Translations under genes and position numbers: made by a program | Source of the DNA: an uncultured Nitrospinota bacterium | GTDB lineage: Bacteria > Tectomicrobia > Entotheonellia > J063 > CAVPRW01 | Assembly: GCA_963707985.1 (NCBI GenBank) | Contig: CAVPRW010000040.1 | Location: 12,956-76,955 of the forward strand | DNA: 64,000 nt | Direction of reading: 5' to 3' | Shown here: one piece after another, positions 41,483 through 53,036 of the stretch | Numbering within the stretch: position 1 is the first letter of the stretch | How the letters are laid out: each line of letters starts with the position of its first letter | The notes under the pieces: model-generated | Told to the model about the DNA's origin: nothing | Databases searched by the model: none | Seen by the model: the letters and a program-made list of their open reading frames with translations, nothing else

Positions 41483-42167
41483 AAGCGAGATCTCCTCAAC
41501 AGGCCACGACACGCGATAGAGCTGGTCTTCATCTGAAGACACTAGACGTGCAACGGGTGTCCTTCTAGGCGAATTCTCTACGGTGGTTCCCCTTCCTCAT
41601 TACGGGTTTTCTTGCTTCATTATCATAGTCCAGAGTCAATAAAAACGCTACCATAAGGCCAACCCACCCAGGTCGCTGACACCTTATTTCACCCAAGAGG
41701 CTGTGTACCGGTAGGATTGTCACCAGGCCGAGACGCATCGCAAGGTGCCACGCTGTTACTTACAGTCAGTGTTCCAAGCACAGATTCCGCCTGAGCAAAG
41801 ATATCGTGGCACGCAACTACGGGGCACGATGAGCGGGATTACTGGAGTTGGAACGGGGGGAGTGGTAGGCGAGGGTTGCGATGACTCTGCATCCAGGTTT
41901 CATGTAGAATGTCTCCATCTGTGCTCCCGTCAAGCGCGCCAGAGACGGGAAGCCACGGCAGCGTTGTTGATAGGTATCGGCGCATACTCCTACGTACAAA
42001 TTTTCTCTCCATCGCACCCCCTACCTATAGTAGTCGGCTGTCCGGGAGGGTGAGAATAGTCAGAGGGTTCGCCTCTGGGCGGCGCAGCAAGGTTGCAAGC
42101 AAGCCCATTTAGGCGTAAATTTGTGGAGCCTCAACCAATTGTGACTGTTTCGACATTAGGTGTGACG

Positions 42168-44010
42168 ATGGACCTGGAAGATAAACTCGCGCTGATGCCG
42201 TCGCAACCCGGCGTGTATCTTATGAAAAATGGGGCCGACACGATTCTCTACGTCGGCAAAGCCAAAAACCTGCGCAGCCGGGTGCGCTCCTACTTCCGCA
42301 AGGGGGGGGATGGCCGCTTCCGCATCCAGTTCTTGATTCCAAATGTCGAGGACATCGAGTTCATCGTCACCGATACGGAGAAAGAAGCCCTCATCCTCGA
42401 GAATACGCTGATCAAGGCGCACAAGCCGCGCTTCAACGTCAATTTTCGCGACGACAAGTCCTATGTCAATCTGCGGCTCGACTCGCGCGACAAATATCCA
42501 CGCCTGACCGTCGTGCGCCGCCCTGCCCGCGATGGTGCCTTCTACTTCGGACCCTATGCTTCTGCCAACTCGGTGCGCGAGACCATGCGCACACTGTCGC
42601 GTATCTTTCCGCTGCGACTGTGCACCGATCATGTGTTCAACTCGCGCACCCGACCCTGTCTCTACCACCAGATCCATCGCTGCTCGGCGCCCTGTGTCCC
42701 CGGCCATGTGTCAGATGACGAATACCAGGCGTTGGTGGAAGAAACCGCCTTGTTCCTGAAGGGACGCGATGAAGAATTGCTGAAGATGCTCTATACGCAG
42801 ATGCGGGAGGCATCCGCCGGCACTGCGCTTTGAGGAAGCTGGACGTATCTATCGGCGCATCGGCGCTATCGAGCGCACGATCGAACGGCAGAAGGTCACG
42901 AGTGGCCAGGAGCGTGACCAGGATGTCTTCGGGTTTTTCCGTGAGGCGGATAATGTGGAGATTCAGCGCTTGACGATTCGCGGCGGCAAGTTGCTCGCGG
43001 GGAAATCTGACCTCTTCACCGAACAACTCTCTCCGGATGCCGACGTCCTGGAATCCTACATCAACCAATACTATGCCGAAGGCCAGGAGCTGCCGGACGA
43101 AGTCCTCCTCCCGTTTGCCCTGGAGGGGCGTGAGGGGTTGGCTGACCTGCTCAGCGAGCGACGTGGCAAGCGGGTCAACGTGCTGGTACCGGAGCGTGGT
43201 GAAAAACGGGCCTTGGTGGCCATGGCCAATAAAAACGCCGAGCTCAGCTTCCTGGCGCGTAAAGACCGGGAACGCAGCCAGCAGACGACGTTGGAGCAGT
43301 TGCAAGCACGTCTGCACCTGCGCAATTTTCCGCGGCGCATCGAGTGCTTCGATATGTCCAATATTCAGGGGACCAACCCGGTGGGCTCAATGGTAGCCTT
43401 CACGGATGGGGAGCCGGATAAGGCACGCTACCGGAAGTTCCAGGTGAAAACCGTCGAGGGGCCAGATGATTTCGCGAGTATGTATGAGGTGCTGTCTCGA
43501 CGCTACACACGGGCCTTAGAGGAGGATGACTTACCTGATCTCATCATGGTAGACGGTGGCAAAGGTCAACTCAATATCGCTCAGGCCGTGCTGTGGGAGC
43601 TGGGCATCGAAACACCGGACCTGATCAGCATTGCGAAAAGCCGCCTTAAACCGGTACAGGGGGCGGAGGAGAAACACCGCACCGACGAACGTTTTTTCAT
43701 TCCGGGCCGGAAGAATCCAGTGATTCTGCCGGCCAATTCTGCGGGATTGTTTCTCTTGCAGCGGGTTCGCGATGAAGCACATCGCTTTGCCATCACCTAT
43801 CACAAGAACCGCCGCGCCAAGGCAGCCGTGCATTCGGCCCTCGACGACATCCCCGGCATTGGGTCCAAGCGCCGAATAGCCCTGCTGCGGCATTTCGGCA
43901 GCGTCAACGCCATCGCCGCTGCCAGCCCAGAGGCGATCCAAGAGGTGGCCATGGTGAGTCGTCAGCCTCGCCGAGTTGATCATCCAGTCGCTACAGAAGG
44001 AGCAGCATGA
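42168..44010 (+). CDS. uvrC: Excinuclease ABC subunit C; frameshifts near 42820 and near the C-terminus
   Basis: GIY-YIG PGVYLM..YVGKAKNLRSRV, RIECFDMSN, DGGKGQL, RDEAHRFA, HhH IPGIG. Confidence 0.93.
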
Positions 44011-44751
44011 AAACGTATAAGGCGGTGATCTTCGACCTGTTCGACACCTTGGTGGATTTCGATCGCACGCAGATTCCTACGGTGACGATCGATGGCCGCG
44101 AGATACGCTCAACGGCAGGGGAAACGTATCAGGTCCTGGCACAACTATGCGCCGCACACGACCTTTGACACATATTACCAGGTGCTCAGCGCCGTCACGA
44201 AGGAATTGCTGGCTATACGAGAGCGCGATCATCTGGAAATCCCGGCGCGCCGTCGCTATGAAATGCTCTGCGATCGTCTCGGGATGCCGCGGGAAGCCTC
44301 CACCGAGTCCTGCATCGATGGCATGCTCGCTACGCATCATCGCTATATGCACGACTCCACGGTCTGCCCCCCAGAACGCATCCAGGTGCTAAAAACCCTG
44401 CAGGCGCGCTACCCGCTGGGGTTGCTGTCGAATTTCGATAGCGCTGCGACCGGAATGAAAATCCTTGCCACGCACGGCTTGCACCCGTACTTCAGCCCGA
44501 TCCATATCTCCGAAGCCATTGGCTACCGGAAGCCACGACGCGAGGCTTTCCTGCATACGGCGGGGGCCATGCGAGTGCTCCCTCAGGAGGTACTATTCAT
44601 CGGCGATACGTTTGCGCTGGACGTGGTTGGAGCGAAAAGCGTCGGCATGGATGCGGCCTGGTTCGATCGCCAGAAAACTCCCCCAGATCTGGACAAGGCG
44701 CAACCAGACTACACCATCACCCGCCTCACCGAGCTCCTTGAGCTCCTCTAA
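44007..44751 (+). CDS. HAD-superfamily hydrolase; frameshift near 44130
   Basis: MKTYKAVIFDLFDTL at 44007; SN, KP and GD..LD motifs in the downstream frame. Confidence 0.85.
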
Positions 44752-44754
44752 AAC

Positions 44755-45936
44755 ATGGCAGCCATTCCCTACGTCCTGTCGGCCGAGCCTTACTATAAGG
44801 CTTTTCACGAAAACCTCCTGGCCTGGGGGGAAACGCATCCGCCGGTGGTGGCCGACCAGTTCGTCTGCATCAAAGCCGACTTTCGCTCCCAGTATGCCCA
44901 GCAGTTATGTCCAGACGACCAGGATGAGGCTGAAAATGTAGCCTTCGCGCTGCCACTGGTGTTGCCGCGGCGCCCGGGGCCATTCGAGCGGGTCATCATC
45001 ATCCTGCACGGCCTCAATGAGAGCGAATATCGCAAGTTTTTCCCCTGGGCCTGCACACTGGCCAGCACTGGCTTCCCGGTGGCCATGTTCCCCATCACCT
45101 TCTTGGTCAATCGTCGCCCACGGCACTGGATGGGTAATGCGGTGACGCAGCGCTGTTTACAGGAGCGCCAGGGGATACCAGGGAATTCTGTCGCCACCCG
45201 CTATAACACGCTCTTAAGTGAACGGCTGGATCGCCATCCAGAGCGACTGTTTCTGGGGGGCCTACAGAGCTATGGCGATCTTCTCGATCTGACGGCAAGT
45301 CTGCGCTCCGGCACACTGATGGTGGAGGATGGCCAGCATGGCACGCTGGTGCCTCAGCAACCATTTGCCATGGGCACTCGAATCGATTTTCTCGCCTATT
45401 CGATCGGGGGCTACCTGACTCTGAGCCTGTTGTTGGGAGAAGGGGACGGACCCGATTTGTCGATCAGCCGAGCGGTGATCTTTGCTGCTGGAGCGCCCTT
45501 TGCACATCCCGACCCAGCCTTGATCGCCAATACGCTGAGCCCTTTCATCCTGGATGGGATTGCCACTGAGCGCGTACGGCAGTTCTATGGGTCGGCGGGA
45601 GCCGAGCCCTGGCTAGATAATCCACAGGGACTTTGGTGCCGGGCCATCTTCCGAGCCCAGCACAACGTGCTCGACTCACCGCTGCAGCGGATTCGCCCGC
45701 GTCTGTTCACTATTGGTAATACGGCTGACACAGTGGTCCCGCCGGCCGGCATGGGGGAGACGTTTGGCTCACTGGACTGCCTATTGTCGCTGGGGGCGCA
45801 TGAGTATCCTTTCAGCCTGGCGGATGTCCGGCAGGCTGGAGTCACCCGCAGCATCGTCAGAAGTTATAATGTGCATCCAAGCTACGAGGCGGGATTTCGG
45901 CGCTTCATGCAGGCGATTATCGACTTCTTGGGATGA
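44755..45936 (+). CDS. DUF6051-like alpha/beta hydrolase
   Basis: IIILHGLNE..YRKFFPWA, AYSIGG, DTVVP, HEYPF. Confidence 0.65.
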   Translation: MAAIPYVLSAEPYYKAFHENLLAWGETHPPVVADQFVCIKADFRSQYAQQLCPDDQDEAENVAFALPLVLPRRPGPFERVIIILHGLNESEYRKFFPWACTLASTGFPVAMFPITFLVNRRPRHWMGNAVTQRCLQERQGIPGNSVATRYNTLLSERLDRHPERLFLGGLQSYGDLLDLTASLRSGTLMVEDGQHGTLVPQQPFAMGTRIDFLAYSIGGYLTLSLLLGEGDGPDLSISRAVIFAAGAPFAHPDPALIANTLSPFILDGIATERVRQFYGSAGAEPWLDNPQGLWCRAIFRAQHNVLDSPLQRIRPRLFTIGNTADTVVPPAGMGETFGSLDCLLSLGAHEYPFSLADVRQAGVTRSIVRSYNVHPSYEAGFRRFMQAIIDFLG

Positions 45937-46006
45937 CATATGCGAGGGGCCATCAGCCCGAGGTTCGAAGAAGCCTCGACGGCGGGTCAGAATCATCACA
46001 GCCGTG

Positions 46007-46246
46007 TTATGACGTCCGGGTGCGATCCTGGCTTGTCCTCCCCGGCTCGGTTGGCGCAGCGGGGGCTTTCTCTTCGCTGGCTGCCTTTGGGGTGACATCG
46101 AGCTCATCCGGCTCCGAAGTGCCGCGCTTAAACTCGCGTATCGCCTTACCGAGCCCACTGCCTACTTCGGGCAGCTTTTTGCCACCAAAGATGACGAGGG
46201 CAATGACCAAGATAATGACCAGTTCCTGAAAACCTAACCCAAACAT
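46007..46246 (-). CDS. tatA: Twin-arginine translocase subunit TatA
   Basis: [40 protein letters not shown]. Confidence 0.93.
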   Translation of the reverse strand: MFGLGFQELVIILVIALVIFGGKKLPEVGSGLGKAIREFKRGTSEPDELDVTPKAASEEKAPAAPTEPGRTSQDRTRTS

Positions 46247-46503
46247 GTCCACCTCTCCTCCAGCAGCACAGTATATAGAGTTTTGCTGCACCCTGTACCC
46301 ATACTGCTTGACCGACAATGTCAGGCACGATCAGAAGATGCCGCCACCCCGAGAGTTACTATAACACTCACAGGTGCGATTTGCACGCACCCTTTTTGCT
46401 GCTGAAAGGCTCCAAATCCAGGCACTTGCGCTGACGGTTCGGGTCTCACTGCACGCTCTCCGTCCCATGTCTGTCAGCGCATTGGGTCCTCTCGTGTGTC
46501 ACA

Positions 46504-47208
46504 CTATTGGCTCTTCAGCCGCATCTCTTCGAGAGCTGGAAACGGATACATGGGGATGACGTTGATGGCGTGGTCAGCGACTCTTGACCCCACACCCATA
46601 AGCGCCCTGAACTCATACACGGGGGCAAACATCACGCGCTCCACCACCAGCTGTTGGATGCGATGGAGCAGTGCCTCCCGTTTTGTCGGGTCACGCTCCA
46701 CTGCCTGCTGCTCGAACAATTCGTCGAGGTCCGCCGAGCCACCCATGGCATATGCCCCTTTGGAGTAAACAAAGGCTTCGATGCGCGTGGCGGCATTGCC
46801 CGACCCCCCACTCCCGGCCGTGAACAGCATGAACTTCACGTCTTCGGCCGTGAACGGATCGCCATTGTGGAATTTCAGCCCTTCGCGCAGCTTAAACTCA
46901 TAGACCAGTCCATCAGAGCTCTCCGTCCAGGACTCGGCCAGGCTGTTGCCCATCTTCTCCCCCGGCAACGGGCGTACCAAGGCATCGTGCAGCGCATGCA
47001 GGGCGCCGTAAGGGGTAATCTGCGCGGGGGTATCGATGGGGTCGAACCAGGCGGGGGCAATCGTCACATGCCAGGCTAAGACCATCTCGCCTGCAGGCGC
47101 TCCCTGCACTGTGGCAACCAGGAGCAGCGGTCCGCTCACCAAAGCCAACAAGACGACAAGGGTCGCCCGGGGGCGAGTCCTCACCACTATTTCCTTCCAT
47201 ACGCCCAT
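46504..47208 (-). pseudogene. Family 5 substrate-binding protein with a large in-frame internal deletion
   Basis: N-terminus up to FHNGDPFTAEDVKF joined directly to C-terminal ...RDPTKREALLHRIQQ; only 234 aa. Confidence 0.7.
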
Positions 47209-47264
47209 GCCAGCTCTCCGTAGACAGCCATCAGGACTATTGTGACGAAATGCCTGGTGCGACC

Positions 47265-48815
47265 TTACTTATCTAACCAGGTCGTCTCAAAGCGGATTTT
47301 GTAGCCATACAAATTCTCATAGCCCTTCACATAGGTGCGGGCCGCTTGGGTAAAGGGCAGGGTGGTGACGCTCTGGTACAACATGTTCTCGGTCACATAG
47401 CGCTGCAGCTCATACCCCGCCTGGAGGAATGCCTCCTCCGTGGTCGTCTCACGCAGACGGTCGATCAGCGCATCCACATGTGTGTCCTGATGGTTGCTGC
47501 TGTTGTTTCCGGACCGCGTATCGATCAGCCTGGTCGACGAATAGGTATCGAACGAGCCACCGCTCAAATTGAGGAGCTGGTCCCAGTCACGGTCATGCGT
47601 ATATCGCCGCAAGAAGATCGGCCGGTCGAGGACCTCTACCGTCACCTCCACGCCGAGCTTGGCATACTGCGTCTTCATAATGGTGGCGATCGTCGGTAGC
47701 GACGCTTCCGCGGCATTGGTCATCAGGGTGTAGCGCAGAGGGTTCTTCGCATCATACCCGGCCTCCTTGAGCAGGGCTCTCGCCTTCTCGGGGTCATAGG
47801 CGAACTGGTCGCCGAAGTCGAAATGTCCCCTGGCTCCGGGGGGCACGAAACTCCATAGGGGCTGCGCAAACCCCAGGAGCGCCGTCTTGGCGATGGCGTG
47901 CCGATCGATGCCATATCCCAGCAAGGCATGACGCACCCGTACGTCCTGGAAGGCCGGTTTGCGGAGGTTGAAGTAGCACTGGGCGCGCTGCACATCTCGA
48001 CCCCGAATGACGTGCAGCTGCGGGTCTTTGGTGAGCCGTTCAATATGTTCACTCGGGATCCAATTCGCGAAATCGACTTCCCCCGTCCGTAGGGCCGCGA
48101 CGCGAGTCACCCCCTCCTTCATAATGCGCAGATCAACGCGATCCAGGTAAGGAAGCCCGGGCTTGAAGTAGTTGGGGTTCTTCTCAAGTACGATGACCTG
48201 GTTTTGCTCCCACCTCGCCAGCTTGAAGGGTCCAGTGCCCACGGGATGCATGCGCACGTCGTCTTTGCCCCACTGTTTGTAGGAGGCTGGAGACATCTGT
48301 AGAAACCCGGTCCGATAGGCGGCCATCACCGGCAGCAGGATGATGCTGGGGTGCTTGAGGGTGAACTTGACCGTGTGCGCATCGATGGCTTCCACCGACT
48401 CAACGATGCTGTAATTGGGGGCATCGAACGCCTTCTCCTCGGGATCCATGATGCGTTGAAAATTCCAGCGCACCACCTCGGCATCGAAGTCGGTGCCATC
48501 GTGGAACTTCACCCCTTTGCGCAGGTGGAAAACATAAACCTTGCCGCCCTCCAGGATCTCCCAGGACTCGGCCAGGTCTGGGACATAGTTTAGGTCAGAA
48601 TCGATGGTGATTAAGCTGTTGAACAGATTGCCCACAGCGCGATAGGCCTGGATGCCTGCGGAGAGATGGGGGTCCAGTCCGGTGACATCCGATTCCCACG
48701 CGACTTGTAGTGTACCTCCGGACTTGGGTTGTTGTGCCCAGACTGCCAGCGGCACCAGCAGGAGCACTCCGACTACCACCATCATGAGCCCAGAGCCACG
48801 TCTGTGCCCCTTCAT
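47265..48815 (-). CDS. Family 5 ABC substrate-binding protein
   Basis: PDLAESW, KFHDGTDFDAE, PVGTGPF. Confidence 0.9.
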   Translation of the reverse strand: MKGHRRGSGLMMVVVGVLLLVPLAVWAQQPKSGGTLQVAWESDVTGLDPHLSAGIQAYRAVGNLFNSLITIDSDLNYVPDLAESWEILEGGKVYVFHLRKGVKFHDGTDFDAEVVRWNFQRIMDPEEKAFDAPNYSIVESVEAIDAHTVKFTLKHPSIILLPVMAAYRTGFLQMSPASYKQWGKDDVRMHPVGTGPFKLARWEQNQVIVLEKNPNYFKPGLPYLDRVDLRIMKEGVTRVAALRTGEVDFANWIPSEHIERLTKDPQLHVIRGRDVQRAQCYFNLRKPAFQDVRVRHALLGYGIDRHAIAKTALLGFAQPLWSFVPPGARGHFDFGDQFAYDPEKARALLKEAGYDAKNPLRYTLMTNAAEASLPTIATIMKTQYAKLGVEVTVEVLDRPIFLRRYTHDRDWDQLLNLSGGSFDTYSSTRLIDTRSGNNSSNHQDTHVDALIDRLRETTTEEAFLQAGYELQRYVTENMLYQSVTTLPFTQAARTYVKGYENLYGYKIRFETTWLDK

Positions 48816-49817
48816 GAGCTTCCCTCCTCACAGTGGTTCTTACCCCTCGACATGAGCGCGCTGAGGGCGCCCCGTGTGCCAGGCTGCCTCGATTCGAGAT
48901 GACTTCAGTTGATATGGTAACGGGGGTCAGTCGTCACAGATGACCAACCCCCGGTCATGCGTAAAAAGCCGGAACGACACGGGACGTCCCCCCTGCGGGA
49001 GGGACCTTACAGGCGCGTGAGGAGCTGCGGTCGGAGGAGAAAGTGAGGAACGACGGCGCAGTTCGCTGGCAGGAACATCCCAATGTGTTTCATGAGCGTC
49101 GCCCTCAACGGCCTCTGCTGGGCCGATAATGACCATAGAGACTACAAACCTGGCGAGTGGCGGCATTCTAGCCCTGGTGCTTGGTGGTGTCAATGGGGTC
49201 GTTCAGCGGGGACCAAAGCCGGTGGTCTGCACAATTGCGTCAGGGTGCGCATCTCTGCCGCGCCAAAAATAGAGGTTGACATCCTTTGACAAACTCGTCT
49301 AGGCTCAATGGGCATTCTTTGTACGGAACCACATCGTCTCTATCCCGCCCGCAAGACGCTTTACAAGGGCTGTAGGTGCCTCGATGACCAGTCAGTGCTC
49401 AAGCGGTTCGCGCCTCTACATTGAGTATCTGCTCATCCGAGCCTGATCCCTTTCCTACATCTCAGTGTGGGAAAGGGTGATAGGATATTCTACGCTCATC
49501 CTCTACCTGACGTTGGTTCTCTCGAACCTTTAGGCTGTGCAAGTCATGCAAAGATATCTTCTTCGTGGCGTGCTACTCCTAATCCCCCTCATCACTGTCG
49601 CAGGTAGGTATGCCGACTGGCTCATCGATGGTCCCGTCGTGTCGGGAACGGACCCACTGAGTGGTCGCATGCAATGTGCCGGGAGATAGTCGATGCGATA
49701 CCCTTGATCCACGACTGAAGGCATGAATCAGTCTCACGGAGAACCGTGCTGAGTCACGAGTCGTTAGGAGTGCTTGGCATCACTCAGATCTCAGCCTGCG
49801 CTTCTCGGGAGGTGCGT

Positions 49818-51370
49818 ATGAAGAGATGTTGGCTCGCCCGTTTCTGCTTGTGCATGTCACTGGTGTTGTGGTCGAGCCTCATCTGGGCTCAGCAGCCGCA
49901 ATATGGTGGCACCTTGCGCATCGCTCTGCCCGGGGATTTGACGTTTTTCAATGCCCACCAGGGATCAGCTCCTGGCAGCAATACCGCCTGGGTCGCCAAC
50001 AACATCTTTAATTCGCTCGTCACCCTGACACCTCCTCCCGAGTTCAAGGTCGTTCCCGAGCTCGCCAAATCTTGGGAGATTCTGGATGGTGGCCGGACCT
50101 ATATCTTTCATTTGCAGGAGGGGGTCACGTTCCATGATGGCACCGACTTTGATGCCAAAGCCGCCAAGTGGAACTTCGATCGGATTCTCGACCCTCAGGT
50201 CAAATCCTGGGTGCAGCCTTACTACGAAGAAGTCCAACAGATCGAGGCGGTCGACAAGTACACCCTACGCGTGCGCATGAAAGAACCCTCCGGCGCCCTC
50301 CTGACGGCCCTGGCGGGGTACTTCCAGGGTATTCCAATGGCCTCCCCGAAATCGTTCGAAACCTACGGTGAGGAATGGGTGCGCCATCCCAGCGGTACAG
50401 GCCCATATATCCTGAAGCAGTGGGTCCCTGGTGAGCAGGTGATTCTGGAAAAGAATCCCCACTACTTCAAGAAAGGACTTCCCTACCTCGACACCCTCGA
50501 GTTCCAGGTGATGAAGGAGCCCTATGGAGCCGCCGCCTGGCTGCGATCGGGGGAGGTGGACCTCATGGCGCGTGTGCCCATCCAGCAGGTGTTTGTCCTC
50601 GAAAACAGCCCCAACATTCAGGTGCGTGACCGGACCGGAGATGGCTCCGGTCGTGGCGTTACTGAACATGCGTGTCAAACCCTTCGACGACGTGCGAGCC
50701 CGTCGTGCCGTCGGGGGATATGGGCATCGATCGCTTCAAGATTGCCAAAGTAGGTTTTGGCGGACGGGCACAGCCGCTCGTGAGCGTGTTGGCCTCAGGG
50801 GTGCCGGATGCGATCGACCTGAACGACATGTATCCGTATCGCCCTGAAGAAGCCAAGCGATTGCTCAAAGAGCTGGGATTCGACGAGGCGAACCCATTGA
50901 CGCTGACCATCCTCATCCCGAATCACGAACCGACACTGGCCGACATTGGCACACTGGTCGCCCATCAGTTGGAAAAGATTGGCGTACGCACCCACGTGAC
51001 CCTGTTGGATGCCATCGCCTGGGTGGAGCGCGTGTTGGTGGCGCATGATTTTGAGATGGTGGTGTCGAATTGGGCCCGCTTGCTCGATATCAACATGCGC
51101 TCGGTGAGCTTCTTCAAGGGTGGCGCCTCGAATTACACGGGCATCGATGATCCCACGCTCGAGGCCATGGTGCGTCAATGGCGACGGGCACTGGATCCGG
51201 AGGGGCGCAAACACCTCAGCGCCGACATGCAACGCCTGATTGCCGAGCAGCTCTACTGGATCAACGTGACGGGCTATCCCATGTTTCAGGCCCACCGCCA
51301 CAATGTGAAAAATTACGCGTTTGACAACCAGGCCTATCTGTTTATGGAGCAAGTGTGGCTGGAAAAATGA
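49818..51370 (+). CDS. Family 5 ABC substrate-binding protein; frameshifts about 50625-50720
   Basis: PELAKSW, TFHDGTDFDA, PSGTGPY, continued in ORFs 50524 and 50672. Confidence 0.85.
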
Positions 51371-51382
51371 GGAGGATCGGCA

Positions 51383-51841
51383 ATGAAAACACTTCGTGAC
51401 ATCATGCGCTATGGCTTTCTGTTCACAGTTGACCAGGACGCAACCGTGGCAGAGGCCGTGCGCATCATGGCCAAGAACAACGTCGGTATTGCCTGTGTCC
51501 TCGACGGCGCTCAACTCGTCGGGGTCTTTTCGGAACGCGACGTGGTTCAGCGTGTCTTGGACTGCGGGCTCGACCCGGTCCGCACGCCGGTGCGCACCGT
51601 GATGACGACCGACCTGGTCGTTGCCGATGCCGATGAGGATTATCAGTCGGCCATCCACAAGATGGACCAGGCCAACATACGCCACCTCCCGGTCGTGAGC
51701 GAAGGCCAGCTCCTCTCCATGCTGTCGATCCGCGATCTCCTACGGGTCAACATGGCCGATAAAGACGCCGAGATCCATCACCTCCACGCTTACCTCTATC
51801 AGGTGCCGCCCAACATCACCAGCGCCTCAGGCGAACTCTGA
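51383..51841 (+). CDS. CBS-pair domain protein
   Basis: LVGVFSERDV, IRHLPVV, LSIRDL. Confidence 0.88.
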   Translation: MKTLRDIMRYGFLFTVDQDATVAEAVRIMAKNNVGIACVLDGAQLVGVFSERDVVQRVLDCGLDPVRTPVRTVMTTDLVVADADEDYQSAIHKMDQANIRHLPVVSEGQLLSMLSIRDLLRVNMADKDAEIHHLHAYLYQVPPNITSASGEL

Positions 51842-51901
51842 AAGCCGACCCTTGACCGGTTGTGAGCCTGAGGATGTCAACTTTCACGAAAGGGGTCACA
51901 A

Positions 51902-52882
51902 ATGGCTCGTATTGTGTTAGGTCTTGCCACATCTCACAGTCCACAGCTCAGCACACCACCCGATCTCTGGCCTTTGCATGGGGAGCGCGACAAGCGCAAT
52001 CCGGAGCTTTTGGATACTGATGGTCGACATGTGAGCTATGATGAATTGCTCGCCAAGGCCAGTCCATCACTTGGAAGAGAAGTGACGACGGCCAAGTGGC
52101 AGGTGCGATATGACGCTTGCCAGCAGGGCATTGCCACCCTGGCGCAGACTCTGGAACAGGTGTCGCCTGACATCCTCGTCATCTTCGGAGACGATCAAGA
52201 AGAACTCTTCTCCGAGGAGAATATGCCTGCGATGTTGGTGTATTGGGGAGAACAGCTCCTCAACCGTCCGCACTATGCCAGCGCGGCCTCACCGGGTCTA
52301 CGAGCTGCCGCCTGGGCATATGGGGAGATGGACAAGACTTTCCCCGTGGCTACCAACCTGGGCCGACACGTGATCGAGAGCCTGATTGGCGCGGGCTTCG
52401 ATGTGGCGCACTCCCGCAAGCTCAAACCCGGCGAAGGCATGGGCCATGCCTTCAGTTTCGTGTATGGTCGCCTCATGAATGGCCAGACGATCCCCACCGT
52501 CCCCATCATGGTGAACACCTATTACCCGCCCAATCAGCCGACGCCAAAGCGCTGCTTTGACCTTGGTCGAGCCGTGCGGGCTGCCATCGAGACCTGGCCC
52601 AACGATGCACGGGTAGCGGTCATCGGCTCGGGTGGGCTGAGCCATTTCGTCATCGATGAAGAGCTCGATCAGCAGATCCTGAAGGCTATGCAGACAAAGG
52701 ATGCCGAGGTGCTGAGCGCCTTGCCACCGCGCCGGCTGAACTCCGGGACCTCCGAGGTCAGGAACTGGATTGCCACGGCGGGGGCAGTGGAGCACCTCGA
52801 CATGACGCTGATCGATTACGTGCCCTGCTACCGCTCTCCGGCGGGAACCGGTTGTGCCATGGGGTTTGCGGCGTGGCGTTAA
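51902..52882 (+). CDS. LigB-like extradiol ring-cleavage dioxygenase
   Basis: ATSHSP, GHAF, NTYYPPNQP, SGGLSH, SEVRNW. Confidence 0.85.
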   Translation: MARIVLGLATSHSPQLSTPPDLWPLHGERDKRNPELLDTDGRHVSYDELLAKASPSLGREVTTAKWQVRYDACQQGIATLAQTLEQVSPDILVIFGDDQEELFSEENMPAMLVYWGEQLLNRPHYASAASPGLRAAAWAYGEMDKTFPVATNLGRHVIESLIGAGFDVAHSRKLKPGEGMGHAFSFVYGRLMNGQTIPTVPIMVNTYYPPNQPTPKRCFDLGRAVRAAIETWPNDARVAVIGSGGLSHFVIDEELDQQILKAMQTKDAEVLSALPPRRLNSGTSEVRNWIATAGAVEHLDMTLIDYVPCYRSPAGTGCAMGFAAWR

Positions 52883-53036
52883 TTGAAAGAAGTCTAGCGG
52901 CTTCCTGGTGTTATAGCACGAACGGGCAGCCCTTGAGGTTGCCGTGACAACCCCTAGAAGCTACAATAGGTGGCGTGCGGCAACCACGCGGGCGACTCTG
53001 TCGACGACCCCAACTGATGAAAAAAGAGGGAATACC

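Noticed and set aside
41550..42160. ncRNA or sigma-54 promoter in the LLM-uvrC intergenic region
   Set aside because: The TGGCAC hits lack a correctly spaced TTGC, and no recognisable RNA family was found.
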